Shown here in pieces: positions 1-9,707 of a DNA stretch of 52,457 nucleotides. The notes under the pieces were generated by a model. It ran no database searches, had not been told where the DNA came from, and saw nothing but the letters and a program-made list of their open reading frames with translations. The position numbers were made by a program, and so were the translations under genes. The DNA comes from Phycisphaerales bacterium (GTDB taxonomy: Bacteria; Planctomycetota; Phycisphaerae; WQYP01). Each line of letters starts with the position of its first letter. Position 1 is the stretch's first letter. The DNA lies in assembly GCA_027451365.1 (NCBI GenBank), contig DAIDJN010000064.1, positions 1 to 52,457 of the forward strand. Direction: 5' to 3'.

Positions 1-153
1 TCTGGTCCGCCTGCCACAGGTCCGGCAGCAGTTCATCAAGTTTGTCCGCGGGCTGTGCCGGAATTCGGGTCAGGATATCTCGCAGATAAGCCCAGGGTTC
101 CACGCCATGGCGTTTGCAGGTCTGAAGGAGGCTGTAAAGAAGAACCGCGGCGG
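1..153 (-). pseudogene. IS66-family transposase (TnpC) C-terminal remnant
   Basis: Minus-strand frame (not in the ORF track) reads AAVLLYSLLQTCKRHGVEPWAYLRDILTRIPAQPADKLDELLPDLW, matching the IS66 C-terminal element pattern YSLxxTCKxxGVxPxxYLxDxLxRI...LLPxxW. Similarity is lost at the repeat starting ~154. Confidence 0.8.
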
Positions 154-357
154 TGGTTCCACTGATTCGATAGTCGCCTTAAAAGGCCCGCATCATTAAC
201 ACTGCTGGCTGGATGGCCAACTGGTACCCAAAAATAGTGGCCAACGCAGGCAAGCTTGGTCCACAGATAAGCCATGAATGGTTACAATGGCAACGTCTTG
301 AAAGAATGGTGCCGGCTGGTAAATGACGGGTTTGGGGATGATAAATGCGGATGGCGA
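154..357 (+). repeat. Dispersed direct repeat, copy 1
   Basis: Core 181-332 (aaaaggcccgcatcattaacac...ggtaaatgacgggtt) is near-identical to 4249-4400 and 11049-11199. Flanks 154-180 and 333-357 also match copy 3. Confidence 0.95.
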
Positions 358-464
358 ATGGGGACGACACATTTAGTCTTACCAGTTTTCAGGCGCTGCC
401 GGCAGGCCGCCGACAGCGGTCCGCGATGGGGGCGAGCGTGCCGAATGTCGGGTCTTGCCGATTG

Positions 465-518
465 GCGGGCAAGATGCCCACGCCCCACAATGATCTGGGG
501 GGCGGGCGTCTCGCCCGC
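465..518. repeat. REP-like palindrome doublet in inverted orientation
   Basis: gcgggcaagatgcccacgcccca followed by tggggggcgggcgtctcgcccgc. Each unit is partly self-palindromic and the two are imperfect reverse complements. Confidence 0.55.
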
Positions 519-539
519 TTCGTCGCCGTCGCAGGGCGG

Positions 540-1952
540 ATGAATGGCATGATTAGCCTCAACGCGGGCCTTGGTTCGGTGACGGTGACGGGCAGCGGTT
601 CAAATTCATTTGAGCTTTCAGCGACGCTGTTTTTTCCGGCAAGCGCTGCGGGCAATGACACTGTAACGTGCACCGGTGCATTGACATTAAGCGATGGCAC
701 GCAGGTGGGCAGCAGCCCGAGCGGCTCGGTGCAGGTGGCCGCCGTCGCGGTGGATTCAGTTGCACTGGCGGATGATCCATCCACGGTGCAGATCGGCCAG
801 ACGCTGACGCGGTCCGATTTTACAATCACGACGACCCCGACTGGCTATGGCGATTACCAAGTACCGAGCAGCAACGACACTCCTGGGCCATATTTGGTGA
901 CGCTGTCGCCGGAAAGTTTTACGGTCGCGGTGGGGGATAACGTTGTCACGGCGACCTGCGGGGCATCGAGTGCAAGCGTGGACGTCATCGGCGCGGAGGA
1001 GGCTTCCTCCTGGATATCCTCGAGCTTCGACGACGCCACTGGGCTTGTGACCAACAAATTTACTGCGGAGATCAACGGTATCAATGGCACATATTCGGTT
1101 ACCGGACCTAATGTCGTGGGCGGGGATATCTCGGGACAACTTGCGGAGGACGTGCCGTTCACCGGCACGGTGACGATGGACCCGAGTTCCGATGGGACCG
1201 ATTATGCAACCGTATCGACGCCGTCGAGCGAATCGGGCACATCGGGTAGCTCGGCGCTTATGGCCTCCCGGGCCGCCGTCGTTGGGGGGCCGGCGTTGAC
1301 GACGAAAAGCGCTGGCAGCGTCTTTTGGGACGCAGTCGGTGTGGTGACAGCCGTCGCGACGGCCGCCGGAAAGACAACCGAAGCGGTAAGCGGCGCGGTC
1401 GTCTATGCGGCCCACTGCGAGTTCCTATCTGACGACGTCCAGATTATTCCAAAAAGCTCGATGGCGTTGTTATCGCTGACCACGGCCAATCCGAATAATT
1501 ACACACCTGCCGTTAATCAGGTCACCAGCACATGCACGTGGTCGGCTAGCGGATATTCGCGATGGGGTGTCATCGGCGGCTACTACTACACCGTGAACCC
1601 CAAGTTTCAGGTGAACTGCTCGCCACCGACAACGTTGGGAATAGAGACTTACCAGGGTCCTCCGGCGGTGCCATTCGTATTCGACACGACTTCGTTCATT
1701 GATATCCCGACTGTCCCGCTTAGCCAATTCCCAAGCGGCGAGGGCACCGCCTTCTGCAGCGGCAATCCGAATGGCCTTACGGATACGGCCAACAACGCCA
1801 CCCAGATCAAGGGATCGTTCAGTGGCAACTGCGGGATCGTGAGCGATGATGGAAAGGGTACCCTGTTTACCTCTCCCAATGCCCCAGGCGTGGTGGCCGG
1901 GCCGGCGCCGCTGCCATCGTCGCAGACGATAAATGTAAATTGGTTTTATTGA
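540..1952 (+). CDS. Ser/Thr/Gly-rich, beta-strand-rich (Ig-like) extracellular-type protein, probably N-terminally truncated
   Basis: ORF 345-1952, but the first 65 codons run through repeat and REP DNA, so ATG 540 is a more plausible start. Composition is rich in S/T/G/V/D and poor in K/R. No signal peptide is evident. Confidence 0.7.
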   Translation: MNGMISLNAGLGSVTVTGSGSNSFELSATLFFPASAAGNDTVTCTGALTLSDGTQVGSSPSGSVQVAAVAVDSVALADDPSTVQIGQTLTRSDFTITTTPTGYGDYQVPSSNDTPGPYLVTLSPESFTVAVGDNVVTATCGASSASVDVIGAEEASSWISSSFDDATGLVTNKFTAEINGINGTYSVTGPNVVGGDISGQLAEDVPFTGTVTMDPSSDGTDYATVSTPSSESGTSGSSALMASRAAVVGGPALTTKSAGSVFWDAVGVVTAVATAAGKTTEAVSGAVVYAAHCEFLSDDVQIIPKSSMALLSLTTANPNNYTPAVNQVTSTCTWSASGYSRWGVIGGYYYTVNPKFQVNCSPPTTLGIETYQGPPAVPFVFDTTSFIDIPTVPLSQFPSGEGTAFCSGNPNGLTDTANNATQIKGSFSGNCGIVSDDGKGTLFTSPNAPGVVAGPAPLPSSQTINVNWFY

Positions 1953-1998
1953 CACCATCCCAACCGGTGCACACCGCGGCTTTGCCGACCGGCCAAAT

Positions 1999-3366
1999 AT
2001 GGAGATAAATCGGATGCGTAAAGTGCTTTTTGGAACGGTTGCCGCTCTTACCGCCGTCGTTGTCGGGGCGGCCGCGCCGTCGGCCTCGCTTGGCGCTGCG
2101 CTGCCGCGGGATAAAATTTTGCTGACTTACGGAGGAAAGCCGGTTACGTGCCGGGACTTGGTGTTGCTCACTTGGCCGCAGATACAAGGCCGACTTCGCG
2201 CCATCGCACGCTATGTAAAACGGCCGCCAGCTGGCGACTGGCCACGCTTGGAGGTGGGGCTGGCGACACGGCATGGCTCGCTTATTTTTTACCAGCCTCC
2301 GCGAGGAGCGAGCGTCCAGCGGGTGTTACTCGGGATGTGCCGCGACTACATCCAAATGGCGGTTAATGATTACCTGGCGGAAAAAGTTCGGTCGGCTTTC
2401 GCTAGCGACTGCAAGTTCAACTACCACGCGCATTTTCATCTCTCGAGGCTCCACGCATACAATCTTGGTGCCGCCCGCGTATGGGACGCATACGAGCGAG
2501 TGTACGCCCAATTGATCCGAAAACGGTGGACGGACGCCCAGCTCAAAGCGGCGCTGGCCGCGGCCTTCCCGAACTTGCCGCAGTTGCAGCTGGCGGCTTG
2601 GGCTAAGGGATCGCTCGCTGCCGAACAACAACCGCTCCTGATGCTGATGGATGCTGTCTTCCCGTGCGAGCGCCGGGGGAAGGTGGCAAAGTGGTACAAG
2701 AAAGCGGTGCCTGATATTTGTTTCCGATTTCCGATCCGGGCGGCGATTCTGGCGGGTAGGGCCAAATATACAAAGATGGTTGCGCGGTGGCTGGGTCACA
2801 GCGGATTCGTGGTCATCGAAAACCTTTTGCCCAAAGATGAGGCCTGGGCCTTGCGGATCATTCATGCCTGCACCGGGCGGGGGGGGAGGATTGACAAGCT
2901 CCAACTCGCGCAGGTTCAGGTCTGCCTTTGGCTGGAGGGATCACCCACCCGGATCGATCCCGGCCATGGCGGCAATTATTCATATTTCTCGGATCTAACC
3001 GGACTGCGATCCCGCGCGATATCACCGCAAAAATTTATCCCGCTGAAAGGTAACCCGCACTCGTTTCTGTTCATCTTCCAAAGGCATCCTAGGGTTAACA
3101 AGGCGTTGGTCGCGCTGAATATGGCCTCCTTCCTTTGGGATGTGGGCGAGGTTCATGTGCTCACGCCGCCAGCGAAAAATGTTTGGGCGAAGGTGCGTAT
3201 CGTGGTGCCGTGGCTTGCCAAGCCCAGCGTGAAGCAACTGGTGCACTGGAGCATGGCCTCGGCAGGCCTCCCGGCCACGCAGACCTTTGGTTTCAAGCTA
3301 CCACAACTGGTGCGGAAAAAGTACCGCCTCGGAAATGTTGATTTTTCGGTGGGGCGGGGTCATTGA
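1999..3366 (+). CDS. Secreted basic hypothetical protein
   Basis: 455-aa ORF with a Sec-type signal (MRKVLFGTVAALTAVVVGAAAPSA); rich in K/R/W. Confidence 0.75.
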   Translation: MEINRMRKVLFGTVAALTAVVVGAAAPSASLGAALPRDKILLTYGGKPVTCRDLVLLTWPQIQGRLRAIARYVKRPPAGDWPRLEVGLATRHGSLIFYQPPRGASVQRVLLGMCRDYIQMAVNDYLAEKVRSAFASDCKFNYHAHFHLSRLHAYNLGAARVWDAYERVYAQLIRKRWTDAQLKAALAAAFPNLPQLQLAAWAKGSLAAEQQPLLMLMDAVFPCERRGKVAKWYKKAVPDICFRFPIRAAILAGRAKYTKMVARWLGHSGFVVIENLLPKDEAWALRIIHACTGRGGRIDKLQLAQVQVCLWLEGSPTRIDPGHGGNYSYFSDLTGLRSRAISPQKFIPLKGNPHSFLFIFQRHPRVNKALVALNMASFLWDVGEVHVLTPPAKNVWAKVRIVVPWLAKPSVKQLVHWSMASAGLPATQTFGFKLPQLVRKKYRLGNVDFSVGRGH

Positions 3367-4394
3367 AGAGGTGGAAAATGGATGAGTCTGCGTCAAAGCG
3401 TTTAACCCTCGGCTTATTGGCTGGCCTCATGTTTGTCACGTCGGCTGTGGCCGTTGGCCGCAGCCGCGCGGCCCCGGTGCCGGCGCGCCGGAGTTTGGCA
3501 GCAGCGGCAAGCCGTCTGGGAAAAGGGGATCCTTTCACGAGCGATCCCAGCCTGCGCACGCTCAACTCGTGGTACTTACGTATCGCGATTGCGGCGGGGG
3601 TGACCAAGGACCCGGCGAAATTGCGAAAATATGCCGCGAAAATGCGCCAGTTTGCTGGCGATAAATCGCGGCCATATCTTTGGTTCCCCGCCACACGGGC
3701 CAGGACTTTTTGCCTGGCGCGGCTGAAAAGTGAATCTGCGTTCGTCAGTTCGTTTGCAATCCTTTGCCAAGCCCGGGGCAATCTGACGGACCGTAATAAA
3801 TTGGTCGGTTTTACCCAATATATTTTTACCGGCTTAAACAAGCGTCACCACATTGCGTGGGTGAACGCGGCTGTGCAAGCGGCTTTGCCGCAGGCCGGCC
3901 CGCCTGCGGGCAAGCTGTATATGATGCTGCTGAACGCCCGATTGGCGCAATTACCTGACGCCAAACAGCGTTACAGACTGATTCACAACGCGATTGGTCA
4001 GGCGAAGGTTTGGAACCTGAAGCAGCGTTCCGGCAACGGGAAGCAGTTCGTGTTTTCCAGCGGATTGCGATCCCTGCGTTTCGTGGCTGTGAATGATGAT
4101 GCCGCCGGTTCGGATATTCCCCACCTGCAAGCGGATGCGACAGAATACCTCGCGCGGTACCACGCGGATGGCAAAGGCTCACCATTGGTGTTTCTGGTTT
4201 CAGAACAGGCGTATATTCATGCGTGGCTGCTATCGCCAAAACCGGCACAAAAGGCCCGCATCATTAACACTGCTGGCTGGATGGCCAACTGGTACCCAAA
4301 AATAGAGGCCAACGCAGGCAAGCTTGGTCCACAGATAAGCCATGAATGGTTACAATGGCAACGTCTTGAAAGAATGGTGCCGGCTGGTAAATGA
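3363..4394 (+). CDS. Secreted basic hypothetical protein whose 3' end is the repeat unit
   Basis: 343-aa ORF (alternative start ATG 3378) with signal peptide KRLTLGLLAGLMFVTSAVA. The last ~48 codons are repeat copy 2. Confidence 0.75.
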   Translation: MKRWKMDESASKRLTLGLLAGLMFVTSAVAVGRSRAAPVPARRSLAAAASRLGKGDPFTSDPSLRTLNSWYLRIAIAAGVTKDPAKLRKYAAKMRQFAGDKSRPYLWFPATRARTFCLARLKSESAFVSSFAILCQARGNLTDRNKLVGFTQYIFTGLNKRHHIAWVNAAVQAALPQAGPPAGKLYMMLLNARLAQLPDAKQRYRLIHNAIGQAKVWNLKQRSGNGKQFVFSSGLRSLRFVAVNDDAAGSDIPHLQADATEYLARYHADGKGSPLVFLVSEQAYIHAWLLSPKPAQKARIINTAGWMANWYPKIEANAGKLGPQISHEWLQWQRLERMVPAGK

Positions 4395-4471
4395 CGGGTT
4401 ATGGGGATGGCAAATTGGATGCGACGAGTTTTCAGGTTTCGCCGGCAGGCCGCCGACAGCGGTCCGCGATG
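4249..4471 (+). repeat. Dispersed direct repeat, copy 2
   Basis: Core 4249-4400 differs from 181-332 at one base (atagAggcc vs atagTggcc). The downstream block gccggcaggccgccgacagcggtccgcgatgg is also shared with copy 1 and ends at the mauD-like ATG. Confidence 0.95.
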
Positions 4472-5047
4472 GTAATCTGGGCTACGATCAACTCAATTGG
4501 TCTTCTGCTGTTAGCCAACGTGCTTTATGTCGCGCTTCGACAGATCGGCCTGATGCTCGGGCGTCTTGGCCCGGTCGGGGCTCGTAGCACCGCCGATCTC
4601 TCGCCGCGCATAGGTGAATACATTTCGCAATACACGGCGAGGATCGCGTTGGAGCAAAGCGATCTATCAACTCTTTATTTATTCGCCGGTAGGTCGTGCT
4701 CCGTTTGCGGTGCTGTACGTGAAGCGGCGGACGCATTAGTTCCGCAATGGCGAGGGGTGGTGCGGATCGTCATGATCTATGACAAACTGCCGATCGGTGG
4801 GTCGCCGCCCAAAAGCCATGGACTTATTTTGGCGGAGGACACAGCGCTGCGAGGCGATTTGGGTATTGGATTCGTTCCATTTGGCGTGTTGGTTGATGCG
4901 GGGGAAAAAGTTTTAGCTCGGGGGCTGGTTAAAGAGATCAGCCACGTCGAAAGTCTGCTCGAGGCGGCTGGTGATCTGGCGGAGTCCGCAGCATCTGCCA
5001 GTCCGCTGGCAGACATGCCTGCGGCAGAGGTTGCCAAGGCTCGGTAA
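4469..5047 (+). CDS. mauD: Methylamine dehydrogenase accessory protein MauD-like (membrane-anchored thioredoxin fold)
   Basis: N-terminal TM helix followed by LRQIGLMLGRLGPVGA, a CSVC motif, VPFGVLVD and RGLVKEISHVESLLEA. These parallel MauD motifs (RQIGVLHERIAPAGA, CPVC, KGLVNTREHLESLLEA). ORF track start is 4391. Confidence 0.75.
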   Translation: MVIWATINSIGLLLLANVLYVALRQIGLMLGRLGPVGARSTADLSPRIGEYISQYTARIALEQSDLSTLYLFAGRSCSVCGAVREAADALVPQWRGVVRIVMIYDKLPIGGSPPKSHGLILAEDTALRGDLGIGFVPFGVLVDAGEKVLARGLVKEISHVESLLEAAGDLAESAASASPLADMPAAEVAKAR

Positions 5048-5074
5048 GAAGGAATTTAAGAAAGGGAATCTGAA

Positions 5075-5683
5075 ATGACAGATTGGAATGGTTTTGATCG
5101 CAACCTGGCCCGCAAGCTCACACGTCACACGAGATTGGCGAGCCGTCGGATGTTTCTTTCGAGGCTCAGCAGAGGCATATTCGGGGCTGCGGGCATAGTC
5201 ATCGCCACAAAGGTGGAGCTCTTCGAGATTACAAAATCTCAAGCCGACAGCGCCTCCCTGAATCTTGCGGCACCGCCGGCAAATGTCGTGGCACCCCCCA
5301 ATCCGAACCCGCTTCCTTGGAATTGGTGCGGCCTGCACGGCCACGTGTGTTCGGCCACGTGCACGGCTCCATGTGGCTACACAAGTCAAGGGTATGGTTG
5401 GGTTCAGTGTTGCCAAAACCCCGCAGATTCGAAATGGTACTGCTGCACCTACAGCGACCTTTGCAGCACGACGCCGCCGTCGCCGAAAGACGTGGCGGGC
5501 TCTACCGGTACGACGCCCTGCGGTCCCATGTGGTGTGCTCAACCCAGCTCAGGTGCCAGAGGATATTATATATGCACGAATATATCCTGCGGCAACGCGG
5601 GTAGCGGAACCGATTCCGGCTGCACCGGCGGTTGCAACCCCACTCAACTCGGCGGTGATCGGTGCGGCCAGGAAAATTGTTGA
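5075..5683 (+). CDS. mauA: Divergent TTQ amine dehydrogenase light chain-like protein (MauA-like), Tat-exported
   Basis: Tat motif SRRMFL. WNWCGLHG, GWVQCCQNP, YSDLC, PMWC and YICT correspond to MADH light chain YWRHCSIDG, SWVASCYNP, YRDCC, IIWC and YHCT. 17 Cys. Lies directly after the mauD-like gene. Confidence 0.72.
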   Translation: MTDWNGFDRNLARKLTRHTRLASRRMFLSRLSRGIFGAAGIVIATKVELFEITKSQADSASLNLAAPPANVVAPPNPNPLPWNWCGLHGHVCSATCTAPCGYTSQGYGWVQCCQNPADSKWYCCTYSDLCSTTPPSPKDVAGSTGTTPCGPMWCAQPSSGARGYYICTNISCGNAGSGTDSGCTGGCNPTQLGGDRCGQENC

Positions 5684-6075
5684 TCGAGTTCCGCTTGCCC
5701 CACTTAAATCGGCTATTTGAAGGGTGTCGAAGATGCGAACGTTCCGAAGAATCATTTTCTTTCCGATACAACGACGGTTGACCGTCCTCGTCTGGCTGGC
5801 CGTGGTCGTTCAATGCGGCCTCGCATACGCTCATTCGGCTTCGCTGCTGATGCTAGCCAGGAAAGGATGGACCCTACAGACTCTCCGCGAGGCGGGGGCC
5901 TTGCGTCAGATGCATTTGTTTCATGGCGTGATTTCGTTTGGTGTCGCTGGCAAGACATTGGCCGTCGTGGGTGTCAGACCCGGGGCAAATGGTTCTTCGC
6001 CGAAATTGGCCTTCACGCTCTGGAATACGACGACCATGACGACGATATCAAAGGGTGCAGCCGGCGCGTTAAGAT

Positions 6076-7447
6076 GAGCTATTGTCAAATCTTGTGGACA
6101 GGAGAAAAAAGGCGGCGTAACCTAAACGCGAATATTCAACGTTCAACTTTTTTAGGAGTACGCCACCCATGAATAAGATTATGACTGAAACTTTGAAAAT
6201 GCCAAGTCTGTCTGCTGGCGATTTGCTGACCGAAATCATTCGAGAAAGCGCGCAGAGCATCCTGGCCCAAGCGGTGCGGCATGAAGCCGACCAGTGGCTT
6301 GCCCAGCGCGCCGATCAACTCGATGAGAACGGCAGGCGGCTTGTGGTAGCCAATGGCTACCTGCCGAAGCGTAACGTGCTTACGGGCGTTGGTGCGGTGC
6401 CTGTCAAGCAGCCCCGCATTGAGGACCGTCGGCCCAGGGAACTACGAGAAAAACTGGATCGTAAAATTCTGCCGCCCTATCTACGTCGCACGCAAAGCAT
6501 TGAGGAGGCGATTCCATGGATGTATCTCTACGGCGTAAGCACCAACGACATGGGCGACTCGCTTAAGGCCCTGTTGGGGCCTGCGGTGGAAAGCCTGTCA
6601 CCCAATACAGTCACACGTCTGATCTCTCAATGGCAAAGCGAATATGATCAATGGAATACCCGTTCACTGGCAGAAAAGAATTACCTTTACATCTGGGCGG
6701 ATGGGATATATTTCAACGTTCGGCTGGGAGAAGATAATACCGCCTGTATCCTGGTTTTAATGGGTGCGACCGCCCACGGTGATAAGGAAATCATTGCCAT
6801 TGCCGACGGGTATCGCGAAAGCAGGCAATCCTGGTTGTCAGTGCTTCTGGACGCCAAAAGCCGTGGTCTAAAGACTCCGCCCAAGCTGGCCATCGGAGAC
6901 GGAGCCTTGGGCTTCTGGGCGGCTCTGGAAGAAGTGTATCCATCCACCAGGCATCAGCGTTGCTGGGTGCACAAGACGGCCAACGTTTTAGCCAAGCTTC
7001 CCAAAGCATTGCAGACACAGGCGAAGGATAAAATTCACCAGATATGGATGGCTCCAACCAAAGCCCAGGCCAATCAAGCTTTTGATTTGTTCATCGACAC
7101 TTACGAAGCCAAATACCCGGCTGCGGTCGAATGCCTGAAAAAGGATCGGGAACAAATGTTAACGTTCTATGATTTTCCGGCAGAGCACTGGGTTCATCTG
7201 CGAACAAGCAATCCCATTGAAAGTATGTTTTCAACGGTGCGATTGCGCCATGACAAGACCAGAAACAATGGCAATCGAAAAGCCTGCGTGACCATGGTTT
7301 ATAAATTATGCCAAAGCGCCCAGCGAGGCTTCCAGCGATTAAACGGTTCTCAACTGATGCAGGATGTTCTGGAAGGAATCGTCTTCGAAGATGGAGTTAA
7401 AAAACACGCCGCCTGAAACTTCCGCCCACAAGATTTGACAATAGCTC
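6076..7447 (+). mobile_element. Complete IS256-family insertion sequence
   Basis: Perfect 22-bp terminal inverted repeats (gagctattgtcaaatcttgtgg at 6076-6097 and its reverse complement at 7426-7447). 9-bp target duplication cgttaagat at 6067-6075 and 7448-7456. Confidence 0.97.
6169..7416 (+). CDS. IS256-family (Mutator-type DDE) transposase
   Basis: Motifs WADGIY, IGDGALG, QRCWVHK and RTSNPIES; 415 aa, intact. Confidence 0.97.
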   Translation: MNKIMTETLKMPSLSAGDLLTEIIRESAQSILAQAVRHEADQWLAQRADQLDENGRRLVVANGYLPKRNVLTGVGAVPVKQPRIEDRRPRELREKLDRKILPPYLRRTQSIEEAIPWMYLYGVSTNDMGDSLKALLGPAVESLSPNTVTRLISQWQSEYDQWNTRSLAEKNYLYIWADGIYFNVRLGEDNTACILVLMGATAHGDKEIIAIADGYRESRQSWLSVLLDAKSRGLKTPPKLAIGDGALGFWAALEEVYPSTRHQRCWVHKTANVLAKLPKALQTQAKDKIHQIWMAPTKAQANQAFDLFIDTYEAKYPAAVECLKKDREQMLTFYDFPAEHWVHLRTSNPIESMFSTVRLRHDKTRNNGNRKACVTMVYKLCQSAQRGFQRLNGSQLMQDVLEGIVFEDGVKKHAA

Positions 7448-8302
7448 CGTTAAGATTCATGCCGCCGCCTCCCATTGCGGGCATTCAAGAAGGGGTCGGC
7501 ATCGTGGGAGCCGGAGCGTATTTCCAAGCATGGAAGCTGCGAAAAGCGGGGAATCCGGCTTCACTTTCACCGGAGAAGAGTTGGATTGCATGCGTCAACA
7601 CAAGAACCGGTGTTACCGCGGGTAAATTATCGCTTCCCCTCAAGAAGCAAAGCGATCCGCTTTTCCGGGCTGTAACTGTGCCGCGCGGCGTAATATTCTA
7701 TTGCGCATGCGGCAGGAAACACGCAAGGGCCTGGTGGTATACGCCTTCCACCGGCGCGATCTCCCGACGATTCCTGCGGTCGGTTCCGAAGGGCGGCGGT
7801 CTGGTTTATGCGAGCCGATATGGCTTGGTTGCCTGGGACCGCCATGGAGGCTTCAAGCGGCTCGCGCAAGCGAACATGGCCACGGCCAGAAAGAGGGTGT
7901 TCGCCGGGCCACCTGGAATCGCCAATGCGCACGTCGTGTACGTTGGTGGCAGGCCCCTCCTGGCTTGCGTTGCCTTCCTGGGCGGTACCGGCAATCCTGC
8001 TCCGCGGCCTGCGCAGACCGTGCTTTACATGTACGATTTAAGCGCACATAAAGTGCTATGGAGCAAAACATTCCGTGGCACTTTTGGGTCGCTGGCAAAA
8101 TCTTTTGCCGCTTCACCTGGCGGCAACTTGTTTACCTTCATCAATTGGCGGCGGCAAACAATCCAGTTCTATAACCACCGCAACGGGCAGTTGACTGAGG
8201 TCCGTCTCCCATCGGAATACCAGGCTTCGTCCCTCCGCTACGACCGGGTCATATCGGTACGGTAGTCTGGATTGAGGGTGGGGCTGCACCAGGGCGAATG
8301 AA

Positions 8303-9619
8303 ATGCAGAGGCCGCAGGGCAAAATATTACCTTCCGAAGTGCGCAGGTACCAAATACCTGCGGTCTTCGCGCTCCTGCTGGCGGCTGCGGTCGCCACCGC
8401 GTTGCTTTGGGCCGCCGATCAATTTGGTTCGCCGCCATCCAACAGCTATACTGATTCCATAAGCCCATCGCAGCCTTCGACAGGCTCAAGCGCCGGTCTG
8501 GAGTTTACGCCGAAGATCGCGGGTTATTGGAGCGTTTCCACGAGTTGCACGGTGACGGTTACCGACACGAAGAACAACGAAAAATGGAGCGGTAGCGCCA
8601 ACTGCGGGCCGGATAATTTGACCAGCTATACGCTGGATATCACCTACAGCGGCCCGGTGGTTGGACAGACCAACCCCGACAGCGGTACGGTGGTGACCAG
8701 CGGGCAAATCAATGTTCACGCTGGCTGGCCTATACAGCTCGGCGCGGCGCTCGCGCCGTCTGATCTGGCTAGCCAGTTTACCTGGAGCATCGATGGTGCG
8801 GGCCCAAAAAATGGCTCGGCGGCGATTAACGGCTTCATCGTGGGAGAAAACGACAACTCAGGAACCGTATACCCACTGGTTCCGGCTAATGACACGACCA
8901 ACGCGTTTCCTAGCCAAACGCCGCTGGTTCTAAACCCCATACTTTTCCACTACTATTATACCGAAGGGGGCAGGCCCACGGCCTCAGTTCAACCGCAGGG
9001 CATCAACGGTGTGTCTGCCAAAACTACCTTCATCGTTACAGTGCCCGCAATCACGGTCAGTACCGTCAAGGGCGTTGTGGCCTTTGACAGCAATGACCCC
9101 GGATTACTGCAGCCAGCGATGCATGATGGGATTCCCGAGGCCGGATTGGATGGAATCAAGTTCACAGCAACCAAGGTGCCGGACGGATTTTCAGGCGGCG
9201 TGAAATGGGGTCAGATATATTCAGAGGATGATTCATTCACAGACGCCGCCGGAAACCAATTTCATAGACGAGATACAGGCTTGGATACGGTTTGGCCATA
9301 CGGGGCGGATGCAAATCTTGGCGATGGCGAATACGGAACTGACGATAGCCCGGCCGTCAGCTCGCGAATCGAACCGAATTTAATAAATATGTCCATAAAT
9401 GACAATCCGACAATGTATCTTATGTACGCCCCGGGAACGGCTGGCTCCATCTGGGTTCCCATACAATATATGCCTTGGTCATGGAGCGGCAGCGCGAGTG
9501 TTGTAAATGGCCAATGGCAAGCATCTGGGCTTAATAACACAGGACCACAGGGAAAAGCCACGAATTCCTACCCTGTATGGACGCATTTGGCGGCCGGATC
9601 GCCACAGCCCGGCCCCTGA
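8303..9619 (+). CDS. Secreted Ser/Thr/Gly/Asp-rich beta-strand (Ig-like) protein
   Basis: Signal peptide IPAVFALLLAAAVATALLWA. Composition resembles 540-1952, with a similar L.F....AG...V...T..D segment. Confidence 0.8.
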   Translation: MQRPQGKILPSEVRRYQIPAVFALLLAAAVATALLWAADQFGSPPSNSYTDSISPSQPSTGSSAGLEFTPKIAGYWSVSTSCTVTVTDTKNNEKWSGSANCGPDNLTSYTLDITYSGPVVGQTNPDSGTVVTSGQINVHAGWPIQLGAALAPSDLASQFTWSIDGAGPKNGSAAINGFIVGENDNSGTVYPLVPANDTTNAFPSQTPLVLNPILFHYYYTEGGRPTASVQPQGINGVSAKTTFIVTVPAITVSTVKGVVAFDSNDPGLLQPAMHDGIPEAGLDGIKFTATKVPDGFSGGVKWGQIYSEDDSFTDAAGNQFHRRDTGLDTVWPYGADANLGDGEYGTDDSPAVSSRIEPNLINMSINDNPTMYLMYAPGTAGSIWVPIQYMPWSWSGSASVVNGQWQASGLNNTGPQGKATNSYPVWTHLAAGSPQPGP

Positions 9620-9707
9620 GCTTTAGGGACAGGGGAACAGAGCTATCTGGAGGCAAGTCGGATGGGACGATTCCCGTACGGTGGACTGCTAAAGAAAGGT
9701 TATTGGT

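Larger units (their letters stand above)
5724..8265 (+). pseudogene. Secreted beta-rich (beta-propeller-like) protein gene interrupted by IS256
   Basis: Removing the IS and one TSD joins 5724-6075 to 7457-8265 in frame (...GAAGALR-FMPPPP...), giving ~386 aa with a signal peptide. Confidence 0.8.
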
